Shown: piece after piece, positions 1 to 10,880 of the stretch
How positions within the stretch are numbered: the first letter of the stretch is position 1
Layout of the letters: every line of letters begins with the position of its first letter
DNA from: Gemmatimonadota bacterium
GTDB taxonomy: Bacteria > Gemmatimonadota > Gemmatimonadetes > Gemmatimonadales > Gemmatimonadaceae
DNA length: 64,000 nt
Assembly: GCA_040389905.1 (NCBI GenBank)
Contig: JAZJZK010000007.1
Location: 32,001-96,000 of the forward strand
Direction: 5' to 3'
Position numbers and translations under genes: made by a program
The notes under the pieces: model-generated
The model's input: the letters and a program-made list of their open reading frames with translations, nothing else
Database searches by the model: none
What the model was told of the DNA's origin: nothing

Positions 1-2
1 CC

Positions 3-72
3 GCGAGTCGAGGGGGTCTGCACGGCAAACCCAGACCGAGGGTGCAGATCCCTCGACGTCGCTCGGGATGAC
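3..72. repeat. REP-like palindromic repeat, family A (inverted pair, truncated at window edge)
   Basis: GCGAGTCGAGGGGGTCTGCAC...GTGCAGATCCCTCGACGTCGCTCGGGATGACA; matches the copies at 31066, 40826 and 48177. Confidence 0.8.
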
Positions 73-131
73 AATCGAGCAAGGCGTGCGAACGCCTTGC
101 GGCGTAACGATTTACCTCCCATATTCGCGCC

Positions 132-1469
132 GTGACCAGGATCACTCCGCTCACTAAAGACCGGCATCGCTCGCCCGAGGCTCCCGAGACCGGCCTGCGC
201 GAGCTGATGGCCATTCGTGAGATCGTTCATGCGTTTCTCACGGCCGATCGCCCTGAAGATGTCTTTCAGTTCGCGCTCGACAGGGTGACGCCGCTGGTCG
301 GTGGCTCGTTTGCCTGCGTCTACCTGATCGATGGCGCGTCGGAGCTGATGCGCCTGGCGGCGGTGCACAACTGGCCCGAGAAGTTCGCCCCCTTTCTTGG
401 CGAGATGCGGGTGCGGCTGGGTTTTGGTCCGAGCGGCGAGGCCGCTGCCGAACGTCGCGTGATTGAAGTGCCGGATATCATGTCCGACACATCGCTCGAC
501 GACTGGGCCGAAGTGGCGGCCGAGCTCGGCTTTCGCGCGATCGTGGCACTCCCACTCCAGACCGGCGAAGGCGTGCTCGGCGCGGTCGCGTTCTACTTCG
601 AGAAAGCGGGCACGATCAACTCCGAGACGAGAAGCCTGTTGCGCATGGTTGCCGATCAAATGGCGGCCACGGCGCAGAAGGCGCGCCTCATCGAGGACTT
701 GCGACGCGCCAACGCCGCCCTGATGGAAACGAACTCGGAGCTCGAGCGGCAATACGTCTCGCTCCTCGAGGCGCGGCGGGTCAAGGATGAATTCCTCGCC
801 AATATCTCGCACGAGCTGCGGACGCCACTGACCGCGGTCATGGGCTATCTCTCGCTCATGGAGGAAGGGCTCGCTGGTCCGATCACCGCCGAGCAGCGCA
901 AGACGCTCGCGCAGGTCAAGTCGTCGAGCCACGTTCTCCTCGACCTCATTGGCGACCTCCTGGAGCTGACGACGCTCAAGCGCGGCGGGGTAGGCGTCGT
1001 ACCAACCGCGTTCGACATGCGCGAACCGATGCACGATGCGATCACGTCGACACGCGGTCGAGCGGAGGGTGTCGCGCTTCGCGTCACCGAGCCGGATGCG
1101 CCTGTGATGATCGTGAGCGACAAGCGCAAGATCGCGAAAATGCTGGTCGCGCTCCTGAGCAACGCGTACAAATTCACCACCGACGGCGAGGTGCGGGTGT
1201 CGGTCTCGGCGCGCAACGATCGCATCGTGTATCGCGTACAGGACACGGGCATCGGCATTCCAGAGGAGATGCAGAGCCTCGTGTTCGAGGAGTTTCGCCA
1301 GGTGGATGGATCGAGCACCAGGCGGTACGGAGGATCGGGGCTGGGCCTGTCACTCGCACAGCGCCTTGCACGCCTGCTCGGGGGCGAGATCTACGTGGAG
1401 TCCACGCCCGGGAGTGGTTCGGTCTTCACGGTCGAGCTACCGATGGAATACCAGGCCCCGGCGCAGTAA
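132..1469 (+). CDS. GAF-domain sensor histidine kinase
   Basis: GAF-like N-terminus; H-box FLANISHELRTPL; NAYKFT, DTGIGI and GSGLGL boxes. Confidence 0.93.
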   Translation: MTRITPLTKDRHRSPEAPETGLRELMAIREIVHAFLTADRPEDVFQFALDRVTPLVGGSFACVYLIDGASELMRLAAVHNWPEKFAPFLGEMRVRLGFGPSGEAAAERRVIEVPDIMSDTSLDDWAEVAAELGFRAIVALPLQTGEGVLGAVAFYFEKAGTINSETRSLLRMVADQMAATAQKARLIEDLRRANAALMETNSELERQYVSLLEARRVKDEFLANISHELRTPLTAVMGYLSLMEEGLAGPITAEQRKTLAQVKSSSHVLLDLIGDLLELTTLKRGGVGVVPTAFDMREPMHDAITSTRGRAEGVALRVTEPDAPVMIVSDKRKIAKMLVALLSNAYKFTTDGEVRVSVSARNDRIVYRVQDTGIGIPEEMQSLVFEEFRQVDGSSTRRYGGSGLGLSLAQRLARLLGGEIYVESTPGSGSVFTVELPMEYQAPAQ

Positions 1470-1599
1470 GCCGACTGGTCTTCCGAAGGTGGCGCAAGTG
1501 GATCGCTGCGCCACTTACCACAGACCGATTAACTTCCACAACCAATCTCTGATCCTCGTTGTCCAACGAGCTCAGCTCCTTCGTGCTCCGGATTCGGCC

Positions 1600-1914
1600 A
1601 TGACTAGTTCTCAGCGCACACTTCAGGAGTTCCGCACCACGCTTACGCCGTCCGCGGTTCTCGGTTCCGCGAAGCAGTTCTTCGGGGGGCGTAACAGCCT
1701 GTACGCCACCTTTCTCGAGCAGGAAAGCGCGAACCATCTCACCTTTCGCGGACAGGGCGGCGAGGAGATCGTTTTGGCGGCCATCGAGCGCGACGGTGCC
1801 ACGCTGGTGACGGGCTCCTCCTACATCTTCGACATGCAGATCGGCCGGTTCTTCACGACGCTCCCGGAAGCGCAGTCGTCCGCCGCCCTGCTCGCCGCAC
1901 CGGTGACCGCATGA
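1600..1914 (+). CDS. hypothetical protein (about 104 aa)
   Basis: ATG at 1600 within track ORF 1306..1914; host-like codon usage; stop overlaps the next start (ATGA). Confidence 0.75.
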   Translation: MTSSQRTLQEFRTTLTPSAVLGSAKQFFGGRNSLYATFLEQESANHLTFRGQGGEEIVLAAIERDGATLVTGSSYIFDMQIGRFFTTLPEAQSSAALLAAPVTA

Positions 1915-2234
1915 CACAGCCATTCGTGTCGCAGTTGCGTGCGCGGGGCGACGCCATTCAACTCGCCGCCGATGGTGCGTCGGCAATTTCGGTTCGCGTG
2001 GAAATGCCGGAGAGCTGGGATACCGTCAAGGCCAATGTGTCACCAGACGCCTCGGTCTCCGCGCTCAAGGCCGCCGCGCTCGATGCACTCGATCCGCTTG
2101 CTGCGACGGATGACTTCGTGGTGAAGCTCAAGGGGTGGGAAGTGCTCGACGAAAGCGTTTCACTCACGCAAGCCGGCGCTATCGACGGCTCGATCTTTCT
2201 CCTTACACTCCGCCGTCGGCGCGCAGTCCGCTGA
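1911..2234 (+). CDS. ubiquitin-like (beta-grasp, YukD/EsaB-like) protein
   Basis: Pattern VSPDASVSALK...VVKLKGWEVLDESVSLTQAGAIDGSIFLL resembles the ubiquitin fold; no C-terminal GG. Confidence 0.65.
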   Translation: MTQPFVSQLRARGDAIQLAADGASAISVRVEMPESWDTVKANVSPDASVSALKAAALDALDPLAATDDFVVKLKGWEVLDESVSLTQAGAIDGSIFLLTLRRRRAVR

Positions 2235-3268
2235 GTACAGCCGCCAGCTCCATCGCTTCCGTAGGCAGCCGCGCCACGGATCCCGACGCACTCCGTGACG
2301 CACTGGGCCGCCTCCGGACTGAGGTTCAACGTCGCATTGTTGGTCAGGAAAAGCCGCTCGACGAAATCCTGATGGCGCTGGCCTGCGGCGGTCATGCGTT
2401 GCTGGTCGGTGTGCCGGGTCTCGCGAAGACGCTGATGATTCGCTCCATCGCCGAGGCGCTCTCACTCGACTTCCGGCGAATTCAGTTCACGCCGGATCTG
2501 GTGCCGAGTGACATCACCGGCAGCGAGATCCTCGAGGAAGATCATGCGACGGGAGCGCGGAGCTTTCGCTTCGTGCGTGGGCCGATCTTCGCGAACATCG
2601 TGCTCGCTGACGAAATCAATCGCGCGCCGCCGCGTACGCAGGCCGCGTTGCTCGAAGCGATGCAGGAACATCGTGTCACTGCAGCCGGTGAATCACTGCG
2701 GCTGCCGGAACCGTTCTTCGTACTCGCCACGCAGAACCCAATCGAGCAGGAAGGCACGTATCCGCTCCCGGAAGCGCAGCTCGATCGCTTCCTCTTCGAT
2801 GTGCGCGTCGGCTACCCGAATGCGGAAGACGAGGTCTCGATTCTTCGCGCGACCACCGGTGCCGCACAGGAGCCACTGCGTCCGATGCTTGGTGCGGAAG
2901 AGGCGGTTGCGCTGCAACGCGCGGTGCGCGACGTGTCGGCGTCGGAGCCCGCACTGCGATATGCGGCGTCGCTGTCGCGGGCCACGCGGCCCGATGATCC
3001 CTCGGCCACTGCGTTGGTCAAGCGAGCCGTCCGCTGGGGTGCCGGCCCCCGTGCCGGGCAAGCGCTCGTGCTTGGCGCAAAGGCACACGCATTTCTCGCC
3101 GGTCGTGCCGCAGTTGCCCCAGAAGACATTCAGCGCGTGGCGCTCCCGGTGTTGCGTCACCGCGTGCTCGCGAGCTTCGCCGCCGAGGCCGAAGGGCTGA
3201 CGCCGGAGCAGGTGATCGCCGACATCCTCGAGCGCGTCGCTCCGCCGCGGAGCGGGCTGGTCGTTTAG
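2231..3268 (+). CDS. MoxR-family AAA+ ATPase
   Basis: Walker A GVPGLAKT, RIQFTPDL, LADEINRAPP, ATQNPIEQEGTYPLPEAQLDRF; start uncertain (in-frame CTG at 2231 overlaps the upstream TGA). Confidence 0.93.
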   Translation: MSTAASSIASVGSRATDPDALRDALGRLRTEVQRRIVGQEKPLDEILMALACGGHALLVGVPGLAKTLMIRSIAEALSLDFRRIQFTPDLVPSDITGSEILEEDHATGARSFRFVRGPIFANIVLADEINRAPPRTQAALLEAMQEHRVTAAGESLRLPEPFFVLATQNPIEQEGTYPLPEAQLDRFLFDVRVGYPNAEDEVSILRATTGAAQEPLRPMLGAEEAVALQRAVRDVSASEPALRYAASLSRATRPDDPSATALVKRAVRWGAGPRAGQALVLGAKAHAFLAGRAAVAPEDIQRVALPVLRHRVLASFAAEAEGLTPEQVIADILERVAPPRSGLVV

Positions 3269-4132
3269 GTGTCAGCGGGCCCGTACGGCGCGCTCCTCGA
3301 CGCCGTTCGCGGTGTCCGCTGGCCGGCGGCGCGCCGCGTGATGGGTGCCACGCTGGGCGCGCATCCCTCGCAGCTTCGCGGCAACTCGTCGGAGTTCAGT
3401 GAGTTTCGCCCATATCGGCAGGGGGACGACCCGCGCCGCGTCGACTGGCGGTTGCTCGCGCGCAGCGAGCGCGCCTATGTGCGGCTCACCACGGATCGCG
3501 CGACCCTCCGCACGAGCATGATCGTAGATGCTTCGGCATCGATGGCGTTTCCGACGCCTGATTTCGACAAGTGGCGTCTGGCGCGTGAGGTCGCGATCGG
3601 GTTGGCGGCGGTAGCGCACAGCGAAGCGGATCCCGTCGGCCTTGCGATCGCCGGTGCGGGACAGACCGTTCTGACGCCGCGCGCACGGCGCAGCGTGTTG
3701 CTGGAAATGATGCGCGCACTCGATGCCACCACGCCCTCCGGCAGTACGGCAATCGCGCCGCTGGTGATCGCCGCTCGCGCCGCTCGCATCGTGGTCATCA
3801 CCGACCTGCTCGGCGACGCCGACGATCTCATTGCTGCGGCGCGCCTTCGGATTGCCGCGCGCGGTGAAGTCATCCTCGTGCATGTCGTCGCTGCGGCGGA
3901 GCTCGAGCCGCCTGCCGGCGCGATGCTGGCGGTCGATTCCGAGTCCCCCACGCTACGACGCGTGATGGATGGCGAGCTGCGCGCCGAATATCAGCATGCG
4001 TTCTCGCGCTGGATGGACGAGACCGCGGCCACGGCACGCACCGCCGGTATTCGCTATGTGCGCGCGCCGACGACCGAACCGACGCCGCATCTCGTCCGGC
4101 GAATTGCGGGTGAAGCGACGAGGAGCGGATGA
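3269..4132 (+). CDS. DUF58 domain protein (MoxR-associated)
   Basis: EFSEFRPYRQGDDPRRVDWR motif; DASASM vWA-like motif. Confidence 0.9.
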   Translation: MSAGPYGALLDAVRGVRWPAARRVMGATLGAHPSQLRGNSSEFSEFRPYRQGDDPRRVDWRLLARSERAYVRLTTDRATLRTSMIVDASASMAFPTPDFDKWRLAREVAIGLAAVAHSEADPVGLAIAGAGQTVLTPRARRSVLLEMMRALDATTPSGSTAIAPLVIAARAARIVVITDLLGDADDLIAAARLRIAARGEVILVHVVAAAELEPPAGAMLAVDSESPTLRRVMDGELRAEYQHAFSRWMDETAATARTAGIRYVRAPTTEPTPHLVRRIAGEATRSG

Positions 4133-5394
4133 CGTTTCTCGCGCCCTGGGCACTCGCACTCGGTGCATTCGCGGCGTTGGCGACTGTCGTGCTGCATCTC
4201 GTGGCAACGCAGCGGCCGGCGGCGTACGTCTTTCCGACAACGCGTTTCATTCCCGACCAGCGGACGCTTGTAAGCCGAGCGGCCACGAGGCCGCGTGACC
4301 TACTGCTGCTCGCGCTACGCATATTGCTTCTCCTCAGCGCTGCAGCGGCGTTCGCGCGTCCCGTTGTAACGCCGCGACGTGGTGCCATCGCGCGTGTGGT
4401 GGTGCTCGACCGTTCGCGTGCAGTTGCTGATCCGTCGGCGGCCGTTGAACGTGCACGCTCACTGGTCGGTGACGACGCTCCGTACCTCGTCATTGTATTT
4501 GATTCGATCGCCACGACGCTTGCGGCGCCACAGTGGGATTCGTTGCGTGCAGCGCCTCACTCCGGCGCGCCAGGCTCGCTGAGTGCTGCATTGATCGCCG
4601 CCCGACGAGCGAGCCTCCTGCTTGCCGACCGCGCGGATTCGGTGCAGTTGATCATCGTGTCGGCCTTCGGATCGAGCGCTGTCGATTCGGCGACGAGGCG
4701 AATTCGAGATGCGTGGCCGGGTTCGATCCGAACGGAGCGCGTGTCGTTGCGGAGCGACCCGGGCGAGTCATGGCACCTCGAGCGGCCGCTGATTGCACAA
4801 GACCCACTTGGCCCGTCGATGATCGGAGTTCGTGCCACCACTGGCGCGCGGACCACACGCCTCACGCGTGGCCCGTTCTCCGACAGTGACAGCGCATTCG
4901 CGCGCGCCGGCGGAACGGTGGTCCGTTGGGACAGCATCGCGGCAGCTCGCGCCTTGCCCGAGGGACTCGCCGTCGGGGATGATGTCGTCGTCGCGGCGTT
5001 CGAACGACGCACGCTCGCAGGCGCTGGGCGACCCATCGCGCGTTGGGCTGACGGCGTCGCCGCAGCGATTGAGGTGTCCGTCGGATCCGGCTGCATTCGC
5101 GACGTAGGCATCGCGATTCCCGGCGCCGGTGATCTTGCACTCCATCCACCGTTCCAGCGGATCGTGCGCGGGCTGCTCGCTCCGTGCGCGCTGAAAGTTG
5201 CCGAGCAGCCGGTTGATTCTGCGTTCATGAGGTCTCTGGCGGGAGCGCAACCAGGCGCAGCGCGCTCTCGTGACCTCCGCAATGACGCAAATCGGCCCAG
5301 CCCGATTGCGACGTGGCTGCTCGCCATGGCATTGCTGCTTGCCTTTGCGGAGTTGGTTGTGCGCGGCCGGCCTGTTGCCGCGGGTGCTGCATGA
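4129..5394 (+). CDS. BatA-domain membrane protein
   Basis: N-terminus MTFLAPWAL...LHL...FPTTRFI...LLLLALRILLL...AFARP; C-terminal TM segment. Confidence 0.8.
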   Translation: MTFLAPWALALGAFAALATVVLHLVATQRPAAYVFPTTRFIPDQRTLVSRAATRPRDLLLLALRILLLLSAAAAFARPVVTPRRGAIARVVVLDRSRAVADPSAAVERARSLVGDDAPYLVIVFDSIATTLAAPQWDSLRAAPHSGAPGSLSAALIAARRASLLLADRADSVQLIIVSAFGSSAVDSATRRIRDAWPGSIRTERVSLRSDPGESWHLERPLIAQDPLGPSMIGVRATTGARTTRLTRGPFSDSDSAFARAGGTVVRWDSIAAARALPEGLAVGDDVVVAAFERRTLAGAGRPIARWADGVAAAIEVSVGSGCIRDVGIAIPGAGDLALHPPFQRIVRGLLAPCALKVAEQPVDSAFMRSLAGAQPGAARSRDLRNDANRPSPIATWLLAMALLLAFAELVVRGRPVAAGAA

Positions 5395-7409
5395 CCGCGC
5401 TCACGCGATTGCTCCAGTTGCGCCGTTCGCTGGTGGTGACACTTGCGACGCGCGCGGTGTTGATCGGTCTCGCGGTGGCGCTCGGAATACTCGCAGCTGG
5501 CCGGTCTGTTGGAGTCCCTTGGTCGGGATCAATTGGCGCGCTCGCCGGTGCGATTGCCGCGACCATATTCCTCGCCCGCCTGAGGTCCGCCAAGTCGCTG
5601 TCGAACGTCGCGCTGTGGGTCGAAGAGCGGACGCCCACGCTTCGCTATGCACTCGTCACCGTTGCAGATGGCGTTGAATCGCCAATCCTGAACCACCAGG
5701 CCCTTTCCGTTCCATGGTGGACGGACGCACGCTCGGCGCAGCTCAAATCGTTAGTGGCGCCTACGCTTGCGGCGCTCGTGACGGCTGCGCTTGCGATCTG
5801 GGCACCTGTTATCGCCGCGCGCGTGAGTAGTTCAGCTCGCCCACCATCGGCCACGAGTGGAAGCGGGCCGGTCACCGACGTCCTCGCCTCGATTCACGTC
5901 GCTGTCACTCCGCCCAATTACGCCGGTGTCGCACCGACGGCGTTCGACGACCCGACCAGTATTGAATCACTCGTCGGCAGTGCGATTACGCTGAGCGGAA
6001 AGGGTGACGCAAAGCTCCTCACCGCAAGCGCGGATTCAACGGCGCGCAGCGTGGCGCCGCGCGGCGACGGCTGGAGCCTCTCGCTCACCATGCCCACCCG
6101 GCCCGCGATCATTCGGCTGCATTCCGCTGCGGGTCGCGACCGACTCATCGTTCTCGCACCGATCGCGGACGCTGCTCCTGCTGTAACGCTTCTCATGCCG
6201 GCCCGCGACACGATTGTGCGCCGCGCAGCCGGGAGCATCCGTCTCCACGCGCAACTGCGCGATGACATCGGGCTTCGTGATGCGACGTTCGAGCTGGTGA
6301 TCACGTCGGGTGGCGGTGAAAACTTCACCTTCCGCACTGGCAGCGTTGGCCGAGTGCGAATCAACAACGCGCTCGAGGCGACGCTCGACGCACGACTCTC
6401 ACTTGATTCGTTGCGTCTCGAACCCGGCGACATTCTTCAGCTGCGCGCCGTGGCGCGCGACGGCAACACAGTGAACGGACCTGGACTCGGCGCGTCGGAA
6501 ACACGCGCACTGCGAGTGGCGCGTGCAGACGAATACGACTCCGTATCGGTCGAGGCCTTGCCGCCGCCAGAGGAAGAACAACAGGTGCTCAGCCAGCGCA
6601 TGTTGATCAACCTTACCGAGGCGCTCGTGAAGAAGCAGCGGTCACTGACGCGTTCGGTGCTCGTCGCCGAATCGCAACGCATCGCGGCGGATCAGAAGAA
6701 GCTGCGCAAACGGGTCGGCGATGTGGTGTTCCAGCGACTTGGCGCGGAGCCGCTCTCCGAGGAGGGGGCGGACACTCCGGAAGTAGGTAAGCTGACACCC
6801 GAGCGGGTGTTGGCGCTCGCGGACTCCGCTACCGGGAACGCCGGCGGCAACGTGATGGACGTCGAAGGAGACGAAACGCCGATTCTCGCCATCAACAAGC
6901 CGTTGCTCGAGGCGTTCAACGCCATGTGGGACGCCGGCCGAGCACTTGAAGTCGGCGAACCGGCGAAAGCGTTGCCTCCAATGCGCATTGCTCTCGCTGC
7001 CATTCAGAAAGCGCGAATGGCAGAGCGTATCTATCTGCGCGGCAAGCCAGGCACGCAGATCGTGGACCTCTCGAAGGTCCGGCTGTCGGGCAAGGACAAG
7101 GGCTTGTCGTCGATCCGCGAGGCGCGACTCGTGGTTGATCCGGTGCTGCGCCGGCGTAATGCGACGTTCGAGCGCGTTACGGCGATCCTGGCTCGCGACC
7201 CGGATGCAGCCGCGGATTCGTTGCTGTTGATGCGGGTGGAAGCACTCGGTGACGCCCCCGCGCTCGCGACCGCGCTGGACGAAGCCGCTCGTGCGTTGCG
7301 CAAGCGGGACGCCGCCGCCATTCCGCTCGCGTGGACGCGTGTGCGCCGAGCACTCGGTGGCGCGCCGGTGCAACGCGCGGGTGTGTCCGCATGGTTGGGC
7401 ATGCCGTGA
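5391..7409 (+). CDS. membrane protein, DUF4175-like (TM helices, Ig-like domains, helical C-terminus)
   Basis: ATG 5391 overlaps the previous stop; three TM segments; VTPPNYAG and DDIGL motifs; MoxR operon context. Confidence 0.65.
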   Translation: MTALTRLLQLRRSLVVTLATRAVLIGLAVALGILAAGRSVGVPWSGSIGALAGAIAATIFLARLRSAKSLSNVALWVEERTPTLRYALVTVADGVESPILNHQALSVPWWTDARSAQLKSLVAPTLAALVTAALAIWAPVIAARVSSSARPPSATSGSGPVTDVLASIHVAVTPPNYAGVAPTAFDDPTSIESLVGSAITLSGKGDAKLLTASADSTARSVAPRGDGWSLSLTMPTRPAIIRLHSAAGRDRLIVLAPIADAAPAVTLLMPARDTIVRRAAGSIRLHAQLRDDIGLRDATFELVITSGGGENFTFRTGSVGRVRINNALEATLDARLSLDSLRLEPGDILQLRAVARDGNTVNGPGLGASETRALRVARADEYDSVSVEALPPPEEEQQVLSQRMLINLTEALVKKQRSLTRSVLVAESQRIAADQKKLRKRVGDVVFQRLGAEPLSEEGADTPEVGKLTPERVLALADSATGNAGGNVMDVEGDETPILAINKPLLEAFNAMWDAGRALEVGEPAKALPPMRIALAAIQKARMAERIYLRGKPGTQIVDLSKVRLSGKDKGLSSIREARLVVDPVLRRRNATFERVTAILARDPDAAADSLLLMRVEALGDAPALATALDEAARALRKRDAAAIPLAWTRVRRALGGAPVQRAGVSAWLGMP

Positions 7410-8017
7410 GCGATTTCGTCTTTGCCACGGCGCAATATGAGTCGGGCGACTGGGACAGCGCGCCGCTCGTCCCGGCCAACATCATCGACACCATCGCGCG
7501 TTATACGTCGATCGACGTTGCTCCGTCAGGCATCATTGTCCCGCTGGCGTCACCATCACTGTTCAGGTACCCATTGGTGTACCTCACCGGACATCTACCC
7601 GTGCGGTTCGGGCCGGGAGAATCCGCGAACCTCAAGCGGTATGCGGAGCGTGGCGGCATGCTCTTCGTGGACGATCACAATCACGACGTCGACGGCACGT
7701 TTCATCGCACATGCACCGAGGAGCTTACCCGGCTCTACGGTGCCCCAAAACCGCTGCCGAAAACCCATGCGTTGTACTCGTCGTTCTTCAAGTTCGACGA
7801 TGGCCCGCCGACGACGAGCCACGAGCTCAATGGCTGGGGAGACAACCTGGTGCACAAGACGCTCTCCGGTGTCGAGCGCGACGGTCGGCTCGTGCTTCTC
7901 TATAGCAGTAAAGACTATAGCTCCGAATGGAACTATCATCCGGAGAACAAGCGCTTCCTTTCGGTGGACAACACTAAGTTCGCCGTAAACATCGTGGTCT
8001 ATGCCCTCACGCGCTGA
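7406..8017 (+). CDS. DUF4159 domain protein
   Basis: GTG 7406 overlaps the previous stop; GDWD, YPLVYLTGH, GGMLFVDD, NIVVYALT motifs. Confidence 0.85.
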   Translation: MSDFVFATAQYESGDWDSAPLVPANIIDTIARYTSIDVAPSGIIVPLASPSLFRYPLVYLTGHLPVRFGPGESANLKRYAERGGMLFVDDHNHDVDGTFHRTCTEELTRLYGAPKPLPKTHALYSSFFKFDDGPPTTSHELNGWGDNLVHKTLSGVERDGRLVLLYSSKDYSSEWNYHPENKRFLSVDNTKFAVNIVVYALTR

Positions 8018-9280
8018 CGCACGCCGTTCTGCCGAGTGGGTGCTGCGCGGCGCGCTGATCGCGGCGCTCGCGTGGGCGCTCTGGTTGAGCATACGTCGTG
8101 CGGAGTCGTCGCCGCACCCACGGCGCGCCACGCCTGCGACGTTGGCCGAGGAACTTCAGTACGCGCTAACAACGAACGATTCGGTGTCGATCGATTTTTC
8201 CATTGACGCAACACCCACGCGAGCGGATCGCGATCTGCTGGTTGCGTTGCGTCGTGCTGGAATACCGGTCAGCTGGTCCGGCTCGCAACCTCCGCTGGCG
8301 ATGCAGCTCGTACGCGAGCGCGAGCCGGCCGCCGGTGCAATCCTGCGGATTGCTGGCGACGGTGCCGCAGCCGTCGCTATCGTCGACTCGGCGGGTCCGC
8401 TGGATAGCGTCGTTGCGCAGCGCGGAGCCACCCTCGCGATGGGAACGCTTGTTGGTGCCGTGCGGGCAAAGTCCGGCGACTTCTACTCGCGCACGCGCGT
8501 TCCCGATGCGGCGACGCGTCGTCCCGTACTTGTGCTGGGCCGCGCGGGGTGGGAGACGAAGTTCGTCATGACGGCCCTGACGGAGTCCGGATGGAACGTG
8601 CGCTCGCGTATCCCGACGGCGCCGAACGTTTTCGTACACGACGATGGCCTGCTTCCCCTCGATACAGCGCGCTACGATGCAGTCATCGCGCTCGATTCCA
8701 CTGCGGCTGACATGACCGAAGCGATCGCGCGCTTCGTTCAACAGGGCGGTGGCTTGGTGTTGACGACGAACTCTGTCGATGCGCTGAAGTCTCTCGCGCC
8801 GGGCAACGCCGGTGATCGCCGCCCGGGACGAATCCTTCTCGCGGAAGACACCGTAACGTCGCGCGACCTGCCGATCCGGCCGGTCGCATCGCTTCGCACG
8901 GATGCAATCGCGCTCGAACGCCAGTCGGCCGGCGTGGCGCTCGCCGCGCGCCGCGCGGGGCTGGGGCGCGTGCTCGCGGTCGGATATGACGAAAGCTGGC
9001 GATGGCGGATGCTCGGCGGCAGCAGTGGGTTGGCTGCCCATCGAGCGTGGTGGTCGCGCGCGGTTGGTTCGGTCGTCGCCGAGCGGCTCGAGGATGCTCG
9101 GCCCGCCGGAGACGAGGCAGCGCCACGGGCGGCGCTCTTTTCAGCACTTGGTCCGCCGCGTGCGAGTGGGCCGATCGAGGCGCCGTCGCCGGTTCGCATT
9201 GGGCTCTCGATCTTCCTCCTGCTGACGATCACGATCGCGCTGCTCGCAGAGACGGCATCGCGGCGCTTCCGGGGGGCAAA

Positions 9281-9284
<4 letters not shown>
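8001..9284 (+). CDS. membrane-anchored protein with a class I glutamine-amidotransferase-like domain
   Basis: N- and C-terminal TM segments; FVQQGGGLV and GLGRVLAVGYDESWRWR motifs. Confidence 0.65.
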
Positions 9285-10207
<923 letters not shown>

Positions 10208-10267
10208 ACTGCTGTCCGGCGTTGCACGCCGGGGGTTATCTTCTCTCCATCAGCGAGGGAGCAGCCA

Positions 10268-10879
10268 GTGGCATTGACTCTGTACGGCGTTACGGTAAAC
10301 GACACTTCTGCGAATGACATCGTCGTCGCCGATGTCGAGCTTATTGCCATTCGAGATCTCGCCGCCATTTGCGGTATTGTGGACTACAAGGCGGCTCAGA
10401 CGACGGAGCCGTCGGTCGATCGACACGCAGTCGTTGTGTCGACGTACTCCGCCCGGGGACCGGTGCTTCCAGCGCCTGTCGGTGCGGTGTTCCGCACGCA
10501 CGACGCGGTGCGGCGCTGGCTCGAGCTTCACTACAGCGCGCTGACGGGCGCGATGGTGTTCGTCGAAAACCGCGTTGCGGGCCGCGTGCACATCTGGCGC
10601 CCCGGCCCCGAGGAAGAGCGGGAGGCAGGCGCAGATCTCGCCGCAATCGCCGCAGAGAGTCTCCGCGTGTTGCGGCGAAGCGCCGTGGCGACGGTTCCGT
10701 TGCGCGTCGAGAAGCTCACCGGAGTCGTGCTGAGCGCGGCGTTTCTCGTGGAAGAAGAATTGTGGAAGGAATTCGTCGCCCAGGTCGCCGCACAGAAGGA
10801 GTCGGTGACTGGCGTCCGATTCGAGTTGACCGGCCCGTGGCCGCCTTACGACTTTATCCAGATGCAGCTCGGTAGCTGA
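10268..10879 (+). CDS. GvpL/GvpF family protein
   Basis: N-terminal LYGV, VLPAPVGAVF, AAFLV and C-terminal LTGPWPPYDF. Confidence 0.85.
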   Translation: MALTLYGVTVNDTSANDIVVADVELIAIRDLAAICGIVDYKAAQTTEPSVDRHAVVVSTYSARGPVLPAPVGAVFRTHDAVRRWLELHYSALTGAMVFVENRVAGRVHIWRPGPEEEREAGADLAAIAAESLRVLRRSAVATVPLRVEKLTGVVLSAAFLVEEELWKEFVAQVAAQKESVTGVRFELTGPWPPYDFIQMQLGS

Positions 10880-10880
10880 C

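Noticed and set aside
1911..2234. Bacterial ubiquitin conjugation system
   Set aside because: No C-terminal GG and no E1, E2 or JAB genes nearby.
10268..10879. Gas vesicle gene cluster
   Set aside because: Only one gvp-family gene is present; no gvpA or other structural genes in the window.
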